This document shows positions 63,272 through 64,000 of a stretch of DNA of 64,000 bases, in pieces. Made by a program: the position numbers and the translations under genes. Source of the stretch: Chloroflexota bacterium. Its GTDB lineage: Bacteria > Chloroflexota > Dormibacteria > Dormibacterales > Dormibacteraceae. Each line of letters starts with the position of its first letter. Positions within the stretch are counted from its first letter, which is position 1. The stretch is from NCBI GenBank assembly GCA_005880945.1, contig VBIU01000082.1:1505-65504 (forward strand). Reading direction: 5' to 3'. Below the pieces are notes generated by a model that did not search any database, had not been told where the DNA came from, and saw only the letters and a program-made list of their open reading frames with translations.

Positions 63272-64000
63272 TGCCTGACAGCTCGGTGGCCAGCGACAGG
63301 ACGCGAGTCTTTCCGCTGGAGCTGGACCGGCTCTACCCCGTCGTCGTGCGCGGCGAGGGCGTGTGGGTGGAGGACTCGGCCGGCAAGCGATACCTCGATG
63401 CGATGAGCGGAGGCTCGATGGCCGCAACGCTCGGGCATGGGCGGCGCGACATCATCGCCGCGGCTCGAGACCAGGCGCTTCAGCTGTCCTATGTCCATAA
63501 CGAGCGCCTCACCAACCCCGCAAGGGAGCGGCTCGCGGCAGAGCTCGTCGAGGTCGCGCCTCCTGGCATGACCCGGGTGCGGTTCACAACCGGCGGAGCC
63601 GAGTCCAACGAGGCCGCCCTGCAGATGGCGCGCAGCTACCACGTCGAGAGGGGCGACACGAAGCGGTGGCACGTGATCTCTCCTGCGCAGGCCTATCACG
63701 GGCCAACTATGGCGACGCTTGCGCTCACCGGAAGGCCCGGCCTGCAGCGTCCGTTTGGGCCCTACCTGTCGACGCACCATCACATCCCGCCGAGCACCTG
63801 GCGATTCGACTCCACCGGCAAGGCGGCGCTCGCGGCTCTCGACAAAGTGCTGGAGGAGGTTGGGCCGGAGAACGTATCGGCGTACTTCTGCGAGCCGATA
63901 ACCGCGGCGGCGCTGCCTGCGTATTCGCCGCCCGAGCTGTTCTGGAAAGGGCTGGCTGAGCGCCGTGAACAGCATGGCTTCCTCATCCTCTACGACGAGG
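63271..64000 (+). CDS. class III PLP aminotransferase, truncated by window end
   Basis: my translation from ATG 63271: RGEGVWVEDSAGKRYLDAMSG, TGGAESNEAAL, YHG, FCEPI, LILYDE. Confidence 0.85.
   Translation, partial: MPDSSVASDRTRVFPLELDRLYPVVVRGEGVWVEDSAGKRYLDAMSGGSMAATLGHGRRDIIAAARDQALQLSYVHNERLTNPARERLAAELVEVAPPGMTRVRFTTGGAESNEAALQMARSYHVERGDTKRWHVISPAQAYHGPTMATLALTGRPGLQRPFGPYLSTHHHIPPSTWRFDSTGKAALAALDKVLEEVGPENVSAYFCEPITAAALPAYSPPELFWKGLAERREQHGFLILYDE

Overview
High-GC bacterial chromosomal window, apparently from a soil organism (Dormibacterota/Chloroflexota/Actinomycetota-like is an inference, not a placement). It holds about 65 densely packed CDS and two tRNAs (His-GTG, Pro-GGG). Recognisable blocks: actP acetate symporter; a divergent PaaA/D/B/C-type diiron monooxygenase cluster; fdhD; zwf; hutHUFI; ppk1 with CYTH-CHAD and SixA-like partners; GH13, GH4 and GH38 glycosidases; long-form lhr; pepF; a cyclase-STAND-TPR gene; a glnA4-like gamma-glutamylation operon divergent from a GntR/aldolase/dehydrogenase/kinase/aminotransferase operon. 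The best candidate for an undescribed system is 6590-8411. There, a transposase-less IS607-type tnpB with an intact RuvC triad follows a novel acidic 82-aa ORF behind a LexA-box-like site, and its putative omegaRNA ends at the 3' end of an antisense tRNA-His, so the inferred guide would match the tRNA-His 3' half, a typical MGE attachment sequence. Many genes look leaderless (TANNNT 6-7 nt before the start codon). No CRISPR array or rRNA was seen. All family calls come from motif recognition by eye; no database search was run.
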